This document shows positions 18,562 through 27,573 of a DNA stretch of 64,000 nt, one piece after another. The stretch's first letter is position 1; every line of letters begins with the position of its first letter. The notes beneath the pieces are model-generated. The model saw nothing but the letters and a program-made list of their open reading frames with translations, made no database searches and was not told the origin of the DNA. This DNA is from Clostridia bacterium (GTDB lineage: Bacteria > Bacillota > Clostridia > Oscillospirales > CAG-382), in assembly GCA_017560085.1 (NCBI GenBank), contig JAFYPA010000083.1, positions 14,517 to 78,516 of the forward strand, read 5' to 3'. The position numbers and the translations under genes are program-made.

Positions 18562-20769
18562 TTAAGTTCTTGAGAACATTTTGTCAAGCTTTGATTTTGT
18601 AAACTCCAGAAGAACCGGTCTTCCGTGAGGACAGTACAGCACAGCCTCATCCGAAAAGAGAATATCCGCTATCATAGTAGAGGATAGCTTGGATGTTTTC
18701 GTGCCCGCCTTTACCGCTGCCTTGCAGGCTGCCGTGTAAAGAGCTCTGTCGAATATGTCGCCTATAGCTTTGCCTCCGCCTCTTGCAATCTGTCCCGCAA
18801 GGTATACGAAGGTTTCCGATGCGCTTTCGATATCTATTTCCGCGGGAACGCCTCGTATAATATAGGAATTACTTCCGAATTCCTCAAATACATATCCGAT
18901 GTTTTCAAGGTAATCTCCGTTTTCCGCAAGGGCAATTGATTCCTCTGCGGCAAGATCCACCGTGAGAGGCATAAGAAGAAGCTGAGTCCCGCCCTCCTTT
19001 TTGCCCTTCTTGAGGGATTCGTAAATGATTCTTTCGTGTGCGGCGTGCTTGTCTATCATATAAAGAGTATTGTCACGCTGAACGATAATATAGGAATTGA
19101 ACGCCTCACCTATGACGGTTATGCTGTTGGCAACACGGCTCATAAGCTCTGCCGCGGTATCCTCGTCCGTACTCTCACGGAAAGGAATATCAGGCTCGGT
19201 TTTAGCCTTGCCCGGCATACTCCGGAAAAGCGAAATATCGTCGGGAGTGAGCTCCTTTTGCGCTTCTGCGGGGGAGCTTTCCCTTGTGACGCTTACTTCC
19301 TCTGTTTTTTCGCAAGTCTCTGCCTCTGTATCGGCTTCCTCTTTTACCTCGGGAGCATCAAAGACGAGCTGTGTGCTTTTGTTGTCCTCGGGAATTTTGC
19401 ATCCGAATTTTCTCAGTGTCTCATCGTCAACACGCACAAATTCGATAGGCTCGGGCTCCGTACTCTGTATGGGATTTACGACCTTCTCGGGCGTTATTTC
19501 CGCGGGAGCTTTTTCCGGCTCCGATGTCTGCACCTTGTTCTCGGGAGCTTTTGCGTAGTCGGGGAGACTGTAGTCAAAGTTTCGGGAGTTTAATTCCTTG
19601 CCCGAATCCTTGCCGAAGAATTTCTCAATGCTTTCGGGATTTGGAACGGATATTATACCCTTGTCCGCAATCATCTCCGACGGCTTTGAAAGAGCCTCGC
19701 TGAAGGTGGTGCTTCTCTGTGAGGGCTCCGTACCGAACTCACCGAGGTCGCGCTGAGGTCTCGGAAGCGATATGTTTTCCGTGCCTCTGGAAAGCGCGTT
19801 TCGCACGGCGTACATTATTGTTTCAAACACCTGACGCTCGCCGGAGAATTTAACCTCAAGCTTTGCGGGGTGGATGTTGATGTCTACCTTGTCAAAGTCG
19901 ATTGTAAGGAACAGAACGCAGGCGGGGAATTTGCCTATGGGGCAGAAGCTCTTGAAGCCCTCCTCAAGACCTGCGGTCATTGTGCCTGACTTTATATATC
20001 TTTCGTTTATAAAGAAATTCTGAAGGTTTCTGTTAGGTCTTGCAATCTGCGGCTTTCCTATAAAGCCCGAGACGGAAAGACCGTCGAACTCATAGCTTAC
20101 GGGAAGCATATTGTCCGTGAATTCTCTTCCGAGCGAGGCGTAAATACAGTTCTTAAGGCTTCCGTCACCGGGGGTTTTAAGCTTTACCGCTCCGTCGGAA
20201 ATAAAGGTTACCGCGATATAAGGCTTGGAAAGTGCGAACTTTTCCACCGCCGCACCGACCGCCTTGGATTCGGAAACATCCTTACGCAAAAATTTTCTTC
20301 TTGCGGGTACGTTTTCGAAAAGGCTTTCCGCAATAATTGTCGTACCTACGGGACAGCCCGTTTCGTTAATTTCCTTTTTCTCGCCGAAGTCGGCGGCAAA
20401 ATAAGTACCCGTTTCGTCCGAGGCTCGCTTTGTCATTATGCGAAGCCTTGTCACGGCAGATATTGCCGCAAGAGCCTCGCCTCGGAAGCCCAGTGTGCTG
20501 ATTGCCGCAAGGTCGTCCTTTGTTTTTATTTTACTTGTTGCGTGACGCAGAATACAGGTAGGAACATCCTCTGCGGCAATACCGCATCCGTTGTCGCTTA
20601 CTCTTATATAACTGCTTCCGCCGTTTTTTATTTCAACGGTAATCTGTGTAGCACCCGCATCGGCGCTGTTTTCCATAAGCTCCTTTATGGCGCTTGAGGG
20701 CCTTTCGACAACCTCGCCCGCCGCAATAAGGTTCGCCGTATGCTTGTCAAGTACGTTGATTATACCCAA
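18562..20769 (-). CDS. mutL: DNA mismatch repair protein MutL
   Basis: ANLIAAGEVVERPSSAIKELMENSADAGAT GHKL ATPase N-terminus. TTG start at 20769, preceded by GGAGGTG. Confidence 0.95.
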   Translation of the reverse strand: MGIINVLDKHTANLIAAGEVVERPSSAIKELMENSADAGATQITVEIKNGGSSYIRVSDNGCGIAAEDVPTCILRHATSKIKTKDDLAAISTLGFRGEALAAISAVTRLRIMTKRASDETGTYFAADFGEKKEINETGCPVGTTIIAESLFENVPARRKFLRKDVSESKAVGAAVEKFALSKPYIAVTFISDGAVKLKTPGDGSLKNCIYASLGREFTDNMLPVSYEFDGLSVSGFIGKPQIARPNRNLQNFFINERYIKSGTMTAGLEEGFKSFCPIGKFPACVLFLTIDFDKVDINIHPAKLEVKFSGERQVFETIMYAVRNALSRGTENISLPRPQRDLGEFGTEPSQRSTTFSEALSKPSEMIADKGIISVPNPESIEKFFGKDSGKELNSRNFDYSLPDYAKAPENKVQTSEPEKAPAEITPEKVVNPIQSTEPEPIEFVRVDDETLRKFGCKIPEDNKSTQLVFDAPEVKEEADTEAETCEKTEEVSVTRESSPAEAQKELTPDDISLFRSMPGKAKTEPDIPFRESTDEDTAAELMSRVANSITVIGEAFNSYIIVQRDNTLYMIDKHAAHERIIYESLKKGKKEGGTQLLLMPLTVDLAAEESIALAENGDYLENIGYVFEEFGSNSYIIRGVPAEIDIESASETFVYLAGQIARGGGKAIGDIFDRALYTAACKAAVKAGTKTSKLSSTMIADILFSDEAVLYCPHGRPVLLEFTKSKLDKMFSRT

Positions 20770-20795
20770 AGAGTGATTTCACCTCCGGAGAAAAT

Positions 20796-21037
20796 ATAGT
20801 GAAGAGTGAATGGTGAATAGTGAATAGTTTAGGTTAATTTGCTTCGCAAATTTTCATTTGATTTAAAATTGAAGAGTGAAGGTTTTGAAGTGAATGCGTT
20901 GAATTTCGGATAAAACAATTTAAATCCAAATCGAAGAAAGCGAAGCTTTCTACATCAAAGCGAAATTCCGCAGGAATTTCTTAAGGAAAATCTTCGATTT
21001 TCCGGTCTCTTCACTATTCACTCTTCACTATTCACTG
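20796..21037. repeat. intergenic cassette copy A: heptamer-array inverted termini plus four triloop hairpins
   Basis: Left arm 20796-20828 is (GTGAAKA)x4; right arm 21007-21037 is its inverted counterpart. Hairpins: 20836-20852 (AATTTGC-TTC-GCAAATT), 20935-20951 (AGAAAGC-GAA-GCTTTCT), 20962-20980 (GAAATTCC-GCA-GGAATTTC), 20985-21003 (GGAAAATC-TTC-GATTTTCC). Confidence 0.8.
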
Positions 21038-21040
21038 ATA

Positions 21041-23632
21041 TCAGTTCGTGTATTTCTTAAGCTCGTACAGCCTCTGAAGTGCCTCAATCGGCGACATTGT
21101 GTCGAGGTCTGTGTGCTTTATTATGCTGTAAACCTTGTCCTTTGCCAAATCGTCAAAGGAGAGGGTAGGCTCGTCTGTCTGCTTTTTTGCACCCTTGCCG
21201 AGCGGAATGCCTACGCCGTTTTCAAGGCTTTCAAGGACCTCCTTGGCTCTCTTTATTACTTCATTCGGTACGCCCGCAAGCTTTGCTACCTCGATACCGT
21301 AGCTGTCGTCTGCGGCACCCTCCACTATTTTGCGAAGGAATATAAGCTCGTCGCCTCTCTTTTTTGCGGCGATGGAGTAGTTTACTATGCAGGGGAAGGT
21401 TTCGGAAAGCTCGGTAAGCTCGTGATAGTGGGTCGCGAACATTGTCTTTGCTCCGATTTTCTTGCCCGCTGTGTATTCGGCAATGGCTCTTGCAATGCTC
21501 ATACCGTCATAGGTGGACGTGCCTCTGCCGATTTCGTCGTATATAATGAAGCTCTTTTTTGTTGCGTTTGCGAGAATGTATGCCACCTCGTTCATTTCAA
21601 GCATAAAGGTGGACTGTCCCGAAGCAAGGTCGTCGCTGGCACCCACTCTTGTGAATACCTTGTCCACAATACCGATTCTTGCGCTCTCGCAAGGAACGAA
21701 CGAGCCTATCTGTGCCATAATTACGATAAGCGCATTCTGTCTCATATAGGTGGACTTACCAGCCATATTGGGACCTGTGATAAGCATAATTCTGCGGTTG
21801 CCGTCAAGATATGCGTCGTTGGGAACAAACATCTGATTTCCCGACATATACTTCTCGACAATGGGGTGTCTGCCGCCTCTTATTTCAAGCTTGTCAGAAT
21901 AGTCAACCTCGGGGCAGACATAGTTGTTCTTGCTTGCAACATCCGCAAGGGAAACGTAAACATCAAGCTTTGCAAGAAGCGAAGCCGTTCTCTGAAGCCT
22001 TACCACATTTGCGGAAATAAAGGAGCAAAGCTTTACGAAAAGCTCATACTCAAGTGCAACAATCTTGTCCTGTGCACCGAGCACCTTGGATTCCATATCC
22101 TTGAGCTCCTCGGTGATGTATCTTTCGCATCCCGTGAGAGTCTGCTTTCTGATGTAGCGAAGAGGTACCATATCGATATTGGACTTTGTGACCTCTATAT
22201 AGTAACCGAATACACGGTTATAGCCGATTTTAAGATTCTTAATGCCCGTAGCTTCCTTTTCGGCGGCTTCAATCTGGGTAATCCAGCTCTTGCCCTCGCC
22301 CATAATGCTGCGAAGCTCATCCACCTGCTCGCTGTAACCCTCACGGATAAATCCTCCTTCACGCACGGAGAAGGGAGGATTGTCGCAGATTGCGGCGTGG
22401 ATTTCGTTCTTTATGTCGGAAAGCTCGTCGATATTCATATAAAGCTCGCAAAGCTCGGGGCTTGTCATTGTGGCAAGAAGCTCACGGATTCTCGGAAGAT
22501 GCTCGCAGGTGGTCATAAGAGCCACAAGGTCTCTGCCGTTTGCCGTGCCGTAGACTATCTTTGTAAGAAGTCTTTCGATATCGTTGATTCCCGCAAGCTC
22601 AAGCTGAAGCTCCTCCTTTGCGATAAAGCTTCCGAAAAGCTCCTTTACCGCCTCCTGACGGGTGTTTATGAGATTTACCGAAACAAGGGGCTGCTCAACC
22701 CACTTACGAAGAAGTCTTGAGCCCATAGCAGTCTTTGTCTTGTCAAGCACCCAGAGAAGTGTGCCTCTCTTTTCGCGGGTACGCATAGCCTCGCAAAGCT
22801 CGAGGTTTCTTCTTGTGTTTACATCTATCGCAAGGAACTGCTCGTTGTTGTAATATGTAAGCTTGTTGATGCTTGTAACATCGTGCTTCTGTGTTTCCGT
22901 AAGGTAATCAATAAGTGCGGAAAGCGCAATAAGTGCGGGTGATTCGGGGTCTATACCGTACTGTGAAAGGTAATCCTCGCCAAACTGCTTTGTGAGAATA
23001 TCAAGTCCCTTTGTGAATCTCTCGCTGTCGTTTGCACCGAGGAACGCACCGAGTCTGCCTCTTATGTAGTCCGCAAGCTCGTCAAGGCTTTCCTCATCAA
23101 TGTTTGTAATGATTTCACTGGGGTTATAAACCGCAAGCTCTCCCATAAGCCTTGATATTATGTCACCCTGTGAAAAGTCTGTTGCATAAACCTCCGCCGT
23201 GGAAATATCCGCTACCGCAAAGCCCGCACGACTACCCTCAATGTACATAGCACAAAGGTAGTTGTTTTTGCCGTCAAGAAGAAGGCTTCCCTCGGTAACG
23301 GTACCGGGCGTAATGATTCTTACAACATCGCGCTTTACAATGCCCTTAGCCGTCGCGGGATCCTCCACCTGCTCGCAGATGGCAACCTTATACCCGCGGC
23401 TGACAAGCTTCGCAATATATCCTTCCGCACTGTGATAAGGAACACCGCACATAGGCGCACGCTCCTCCATACCGCAGTCACGCCCCGTAAGAGTAAGCTC
23501 CAGCTCACGGGAAGCGGTCTTGGCGTCATCAAAGAACATTTCATAAAAGTCTCCGAGACGGTAGAAAAGAATATGATCCTTGTATTGGTCCTTGACTTCA
23601 AAGTATTGAAGCATCATGGGAGTGTAGGGCAT
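21041..23632 (-). CDS. mutS: DNA mismatch repair protein MutS
   Basis: MLQYFEVKDQYKD N-terminus and Walker A ITGPNMAGKSTYMRQ. Start set at Met14 (23632). The upstream MHYALCI extension is read-through into a heptamer repeat. Confidence 0.95.
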   Translation of the reverse strand: MPYTPMMLQYFEVKDQYKDHILFYRLGDFYEMFFDDAKTASRELELTLTGRDCGMEERAPMCGVPYHSAEGYIAKLVSRGYKVAICEQVEDPATAKGIVKRDVVRIITPGTVTEGSLLLDGKNNYLCAMYIEGSRAGFAVADISTAEVYATDFSQGDIISRLMGELAVYNPSEIITNIDEESLDELADYIRGRLGAFLGANDSERFTKGLDILTKQFGEDYLSQYGIDPESPALIALSALIDYLTETQKHDVTSINKLTYYNNEQFLAIDVNTRRNLELCEAMRTREKRGTLLWVLDKTKTAMGSRLLRKWVEQPLVSVNLINTRQEAVKELFGSFIAKEELQLELAGINDIERLLTKIVYGTANGRDLVALMTTCEHLPRIRELLATMTSPELCELYMNIDELSDIKNEIHAAICDNPPFSVREGGFIREGYSEQVDELRSIMGEGKSWITQIEAAEKEATGIKNLKIGYNRVFGYYIEVTKSNIDMVPLRYIRKQTLTGCERYITEELKDMESKVLGAQDKIVALEYELFVKLCSFISANVVRLQRTASLLAKLDVYVSLADVASKNNYVCPEVDYSDKLEIRGGRHPIVEKYMSGNQMFVPNDAYLDGNRRIMLITGPNMAGKSTYMRQNALIVIMAQIGSFVPCESARIGIVDKVFTRVGASDDLASGQSTFMLEMNEVAYILANATKKSFIIYDEIGRGTSTYDGMSIARAIAEYTAGKKIGAKTMFATHYHELTELSETFPCIVNYSIAAKKRGDELIFLRKIVEGAADDSYGIEVAKLAGVPNEVIKRAKEVLESLENGVGIPLGKGAKKQTDEPTLSFDDLAKDKVYSIIKHTDLDTMSPIEALQRLYELKKYTN

Positions 23633-23650
23633 GGGAAGGTCCTTTCTGAG

Positions 23651-23849
23651 AATGCATAATGCATAATGCATAATGCATAATCAATGTTAATTTGCGTTGC
23701 AAATTTTCATTTTTGAATTTTATTTATTTTAGTTTGAATTTTAGAAATATTTTTGATTGCACACAATACCAATTCAAATTAAATTGAAGGAAGCGAAGCT
23801 TCCATCCACGATTATGCATTATGCATTATGCATTGTGAATTGTGCATTC
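23651..23849. repeat. intergenic cassette copy B: (AATGCAT)4 left arm and inverted right arm, sharing a core with copy A
   Basis: Left arm 23651-23681; right arm 23811-23849 (ATTATGC x3 then ATTGTGAATTGTGCATTC). Hairpins 23689-23705 (AATTTGC-GTT-GCAAATT) and 23789-23803 (GGAAGC-GAA-GCTTCC) correspond to hairpins 1 and 2 of copy A. Confidence 0.8.
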
Positions 23850-23861
23850 GCACTGACTCCG

Positions 23862-24272
23862 TCAGTGCTTACAGTTGCTCTTACAGCTCTCGCAATGTCC
23901 GCTGCAACCGCCCGTTGCGGAGGCTTCTGTGTCGGAAAGGAAGGAGCCGATTGTGGAGTTTACGGCACCGATGAGAACGTTGAATTCCTGCTCTGCTGTC
24001 TGGAATCTCTGGTATACGGGGTGCTCGTTGATTTCGCGGTAAAGAGTTTCCGCTCTTGCTCCGATTGCGTCTATAATCTGCTCGTCTGCGTTGGTAAGCT
24101 CTGCCTGCTTGTCGAGAAGGTCCTTCTGTACCTTGAATTCGGAAAGCTTTGTCTTGAGCTCGTCGTTGGCGAAGAATTCTTCCTTTGCCGCTTTGTATTC
24201 GGCAAACTTCTTGCTTGCCTTGAGTTCTTTTCCGAGTGTCTTTGCGAGTTCTATAATCTGAAGCTCTGTCAT
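23862..24272 (-). CDS. YlbF/YmcA-family protein with a Cys-rich C-terminal tail
   Basis: 136-aa helical protein in the position between miaB and mutS that ymcA occupies in Bacillus. C-terminus GGCSGHCESCKSNCKH. Confidence 0.6.
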   Translation of the reverse strand: MTELQIIELAKTLGKELKASKKFAEYKAAKEEFFANDELKTKLSEFKVQKDLLDKQAELTNADEQIIDAIGARAETLYREINEHPVYQRFQTAEQEFNVLIGAVNSTIGSFLSDTEASATGGCSGHCESCKSNCKH

Positions 24273-24310
24273 TTTTCTGTACCTCTTTCTTTACTGTTTT
24301 TTGTATAAGC

Positions 24311-25735
24311 TTAAATTATTTCAGCATAAACGCTTGCGCCCTCGCTTGAGGTTACCCTTACGTTTATGTATTCACCGTAGTAATCCTTGTCCGTATTGAA
24401 TCGGATTATCTTGTTGCCCGAGTTTCTGCCCGTGCTTGTGCCGTCCTCTTCGGGATGGCTGTCGACGAGAATTCTCATCTCTCTTCCGACAAGTCTCTTT
24501 CCGAGATTTGCGTTGACCTCCGACTCGATTTCAAGAAGCCTTGAGAATCTTGCACTCTTTTCCTCCTTGGTAATCGGGTCGTCCATTTCTGCGGCGGGAG
24601 TGCCGTTTCTCGGAGAGAAGATGAAGGCGTATATCGAGTCGAATTCCACTTCCTTTATTGCGGAAATCGTATCCTCAAACTGCTCGTCCGTCTCGCCGGG
24701 GAAGCCTACTATAATGTCGGTCGTAAGCGTGATGTCGGGCATAGCCGCCTTTATCTTTCTTGCAACCTCGAAATATCTTTCTCTGTCGTAGTGACGGTTC
24801 ATAGCCTTTAAAACCTCACTGCTTCCGGACTGCATCGGCAGATGGAAGTGCCGTGCGATTTTTGGATTTCTCGCCATTACCTCTATAAGCTCGTCGGAGG
24901 CATCCTTCGGGTGGCTTGTCATAAAGCGCACAAGAAAGTCACCGGGAATTTCGCATATCTTTTCAAGTAATTCCGCAAAGGAAATTCTTTCATCCTCGGG
25001 GAGGCTCTTACCGTAGGAGTTTACATTCTGACCGAGAAGGGTGATTTCCTTGTAGCCCTTCTCTGCAAGCTCACGTACCTCGTCAAGAATTGCCTTCGGG
25101 CTTCTGCTTCTTTCTCTGCCTCTTACATACGGAACAACACAATAGGTGCAGAAGTTGTTGCATCCGTACATTACGGAAACCCACGCACGGAAATTACTGT
25201 CACGCTCTACCGCACTGCCCTCCACAATCGAGTAGTCCTCTGTGTCAACATAGTATCTTCTTCTCTTGTTTGTCACAACATCAAAGAGAATTTCGGGGAA
25301 TCTGTGAAGCATATTCGTGCCCGCAACGAAGTCAACATAAGGATAGCTGAACTTTATAGTATTCTTTCTGTGCTCCTGAGCAACCATACATCCCCAGAGA
25401 CCTATAAGAAGCTCCGGATTCTTTTCCTTTAAGTGCTTGAGCTGACCCGTCTTTGAAAGGGCACGAAGCTCTGCGTGCTCACGGACCGCACAGGTGTTGT
25501 ATACGATAAGGTCCGCTTCTTCAATGGAGGAGCATTTCTCATATCCGCATCTTATTGCCCAGCCGAGAATTCTTTCGCTGTCCGCCTCGTTCTGCTGACA
25601 GCCGAAGGTTTCAACGCATACACGGAGCCTTCTTCCGAGTGCCGCTTCCTTGTCCCGGTTTATCCGAAGAAGCTCGTCGCAAAGCTCATACTGCTGTGTT
25701 ATGTCGTTGTAGTTGAAATCTGTGTATTTTTTCAT
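24311..25735 (-). CDS. miaB: tRNA-2-methylthio-N6-dimethylallyladenosine synthase MiaB (radical SAM)
   Basis: N-terminal TFGCQQNEADSE, radical SAM CNNFCTYC and a C-terminal TRAM domain. Confidence 0.9.
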   Translation of the reverse strand: MKKYTDFNYNDITQQYELCDELLRINRDKEAALGRRLRVCVETFGCQQNEADSERILGWAIRCGYEKCSSIEEADLIVYNTCAVREHAELRALSKTGQLKHLKEKNPELLIGLWGCMVAQEHRKNTIKFSYPYVDFVAGTNMLHRFPEILFDVVTNKRRRYYVDTEDYSIVEGSAVERDSNFRAWVSVMYGCNNFCTYCVVPYVRGRERSRSPKAILDEVRELAEKGYKEITLLGQNVNSYGKSLPEDERISFAELLEKICEIPGDFLVRFMTSHPKDASDELIEVMARNPKIARHFHLPMQSGSSEVLKAMNRHYDRERYFEVARKIKAAMPDITLTTDIIVGFPGETDEQFEDTISAIKEVEFDSIYAFIFSPRNGTPAAEMDDPITKEEKSARFSRLLEIESEVNANLGKRLVGREMRILVDSHPEEDGTSTGRNSGNKIIRFNTDKDYYGEYINVRVTSSEGASVYAEII

Positions 25736-25765
25736 AAGTGTTTCTCTCGTTATAAGGTTATCCGA

Positions 25766-26647
25766 TTATTTCGCCTTTTCGTAAAGAGCCTTCATCGCTT
25801 CCGTATCGAAGTTATAGCTCTTACCGCAGAACTGACAGCCTACATCAATGGGCTTGCCGTCGTTGATAATGCTCTCAAGCTCCGCCTTGCCGAGGGAGAT
25901 AAGTGCCTTTTCCACTCTTTCCTGCGAGCAGTCGCAATGATATGAGCAGTCGATTTCGTCGAAAATGTCGATTTCAATGTCACCCATAATTTCCGCAAGA
26001 AGCTCGGTGTTGGTCTTGTCACCGCTGAACATATGGGATACGTTGGAAAGAAGCGGTACACGCTCACTGAGTCTGTCGATAAACTCATCGTCCGCACCGG
26101 GGAGAAGCTGAATAAGAACACCGCCCGCACCAAGTGCCTTGTAGTCCGTTCCGATAAGAACACCGAGAGCACAAACCGTGGGAATCTGCTCACTCTTTGC
26201 GTAGTATTCTGTGATGTCCTCCGCAATTTCTCCCGAAACAATCGGAATCATACCAACATAAGGCTCACCCTCACCGCAGTCACGGATGATGTACATATTA
26301 CCCTGACCTACAGCCCCCGCAACGTCAAGCTTACCCTTTGCATTTACGGGAAGGTCTGCCGTGGGATTTTCCGCACAGCCCTTTACATTGCCGTAGTAGT
26401 CTGCCGTTGCGATAAGCTTGCCGCATACACCGTCACCGTCAAAGGTGAGAGTTGCGCTGTCAGTCTTGTTTTTGAGCATTACGCCGATAAGGGATGCTGC
26501 AGTAAGTGTTCTGCCGAGAGCCGCGGCACAGGTGGGGGAGAGGTGATGAATCTCGATTGCATCGTTCACCATTTCCCTGGAGTTGATTATAAGTATTCTT
26601 GCGTTTCCGCATCTTGTCATTGCTCTTGTGATTGTGTTCTGTTTCAT
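25766..26647 (-). CDS. hslO: redox-regulated chaperone Hsp33
   Basis: C-terminal zinc centre CDCS...CQFCGKSY. Start moved to Met33 (26647), which has a GAGGT RBS; this removes the overlap with the upstream gene. Confidence 0.9.
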   Translation of the reverse strand: MKQNTITRAMTRCGNARILIINSREMVNDAIEIHHLSPTCAAALGRTLTAASLIGVMLKNKTDSATLTFDGDGVCGKLIATADYYGNVKGCAENPTADLPVNAKGKLDVAGAVGQGNMYIIRDCGEGEPYVGMIPIVSGEIAEDITEYYAKSEQIPTVCALGVLIGTDYKALGAGGVLIQLLPGADDEFIDRLSERVPLLSNVSHMFSGDKTNTELLAEIMGDIEIDIFDEIDCSYHCDCSQERVEKALISLGKAELESIINDGKPIDVGCQFCGKSYNFDTEAMKALYEKAK

Positions 26648-26658
26648 TTTGTACCTCG

Positions 26659-27411
26659 TTATATTTTTTTGGCAACTATGTAAAGTCGTTCGTCCTTTTC
26701 CTCGTCCGCTTCGGAAAAAGCATAGTCGGAGAATACTCCGCACATCTCAAAGCCCGCCTCGGAAAGAGCTTTTCTTACGCTTCGCAGAGTATACATTCTC
26801 TCGCGCTGATGCTCGTCCGTTCTTTCGTAGCTTCCGTCCTCGTTTTCCGTGAAGATTGAAAGATAGAAATCGCAGATTTTGCTCTTGGGATTGTAGAAAT
26901 TCTGCCACGCACAAAGAACTCCCTCGTTTTCTATGACGTAGGCGTTGTCGCCGTAGGTGGTCTCAAACTTCTTTTTTGAGTTTATATCAAAGATGAAAAG
27001 ACCGCCGAACGCAAGATTCTGATAAACGGAATTCACCGTCTGAGCAAAATCCGAAGGCTTTGTGAGATAGTTCATACTGTCAAGCAGACAAAGAATCGCA
27101 TCAGCTTTATTGTAAAGCGAGAAGCTTCTCATATCCGAGCTGACAAAGCGAATGTCAAGCCCCGCGCTTCTTGACTTGAATTCAGCCTCCGTGAGCATTT
27201 CAGCGGAAATGTCGGAAGCCGTAACGTCGTAGCCCCTCTTTGACATTTCTATCGCCATACTGCCCGTACCGCAGGCAATCTCGCATATTTTCGAAACGGG
27301 GATGTCGGAATACTTTTCAAAAGCCTTGCATATAAAATCCGCCCAGCCCGCCGTGTCTATTCCGTCGTTGAGTGCATCGTAAACAGATGCCATTGTGTTG
27401 CCGTATATCAT
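26659..27411 (-). CDS. class I SAM-dependent methyltransferase
   Basis: Motif I EIACGTGSMAIEMSKRGYDVTASDIS; 250 aa. Confidence 0.75.
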   Translation of the reverse strand: MIYGNTMASVYDALNDGIDTAGWADFICKAFEKYSDIPVSKICEIACGTGSMAIEMSKRGYDVTASDISAEMLTEAEFKSRSAGLDIRFVSSDMRSFSLYNKADAILCLLDSMNYLTKPSDFAQTVNSVYQNLAFGGLFIFDINSKKKFETTYGDNAYVIENEGVLCAWQNFYNPKSKICDFYLSIFTENEDGSYERTDEHQRERMYTLRSVRKALSEAGFEMCGVFSDYAFSEADEEKDERLYIVAKKI

Positions 27412-27516
27412 TTTTAGTGTCCCTTTGTAAAAAGTGAAATAATCATACAGAATATATTATATCACAAGTAATTGCTTCATTAAACAACAAATTGTTAAAT
27501 ATTAAATATATTGTAG

Positions 27517-27552
27517 TAAAAAGAAAAACGGTGCACCCTGTCGGTACACCGT
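27517..27552 (-). terminator. intrinsic terminator downstream of the DeoR gene
   Basis: Hairpin ACGGTGCACC-ctgtc-GGTACACCGT (one mismatch), followed on the minus strand by TTTTTCTTTTT. Confidence 0.6.
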
Positions 27553-27573
27553 AATTTTTTCTGTTTATGCGCT

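Noticed and set aside
21113-22720. 535-aa plus-strand ORF
   Set aside because: It is antisense to mutS with no recognisable domain, and the mutS call is unambiguous.
23633-23671. N-terminal extension MHYALCILRKDLP of MutS in the ORF track
   Set aside because: The extension is read-through into the heptamer array. The conserved MutS N-terminus starts at Met14. Similar trimming was applied to ORFs at 5165-5329, 7260-7325, 12247-12300, 17252-17305 and 26648-26743.
23651-23681. Heptamer arrays as a CRISPR array or as coding repeats
   Set aside because: The units are 7 nt with no spacers, there are only 3-5 units, no cas genes are present, and the arrays are too short and too AT-rich for CRISPR repeats. 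There is no consistent open frame across the variants.
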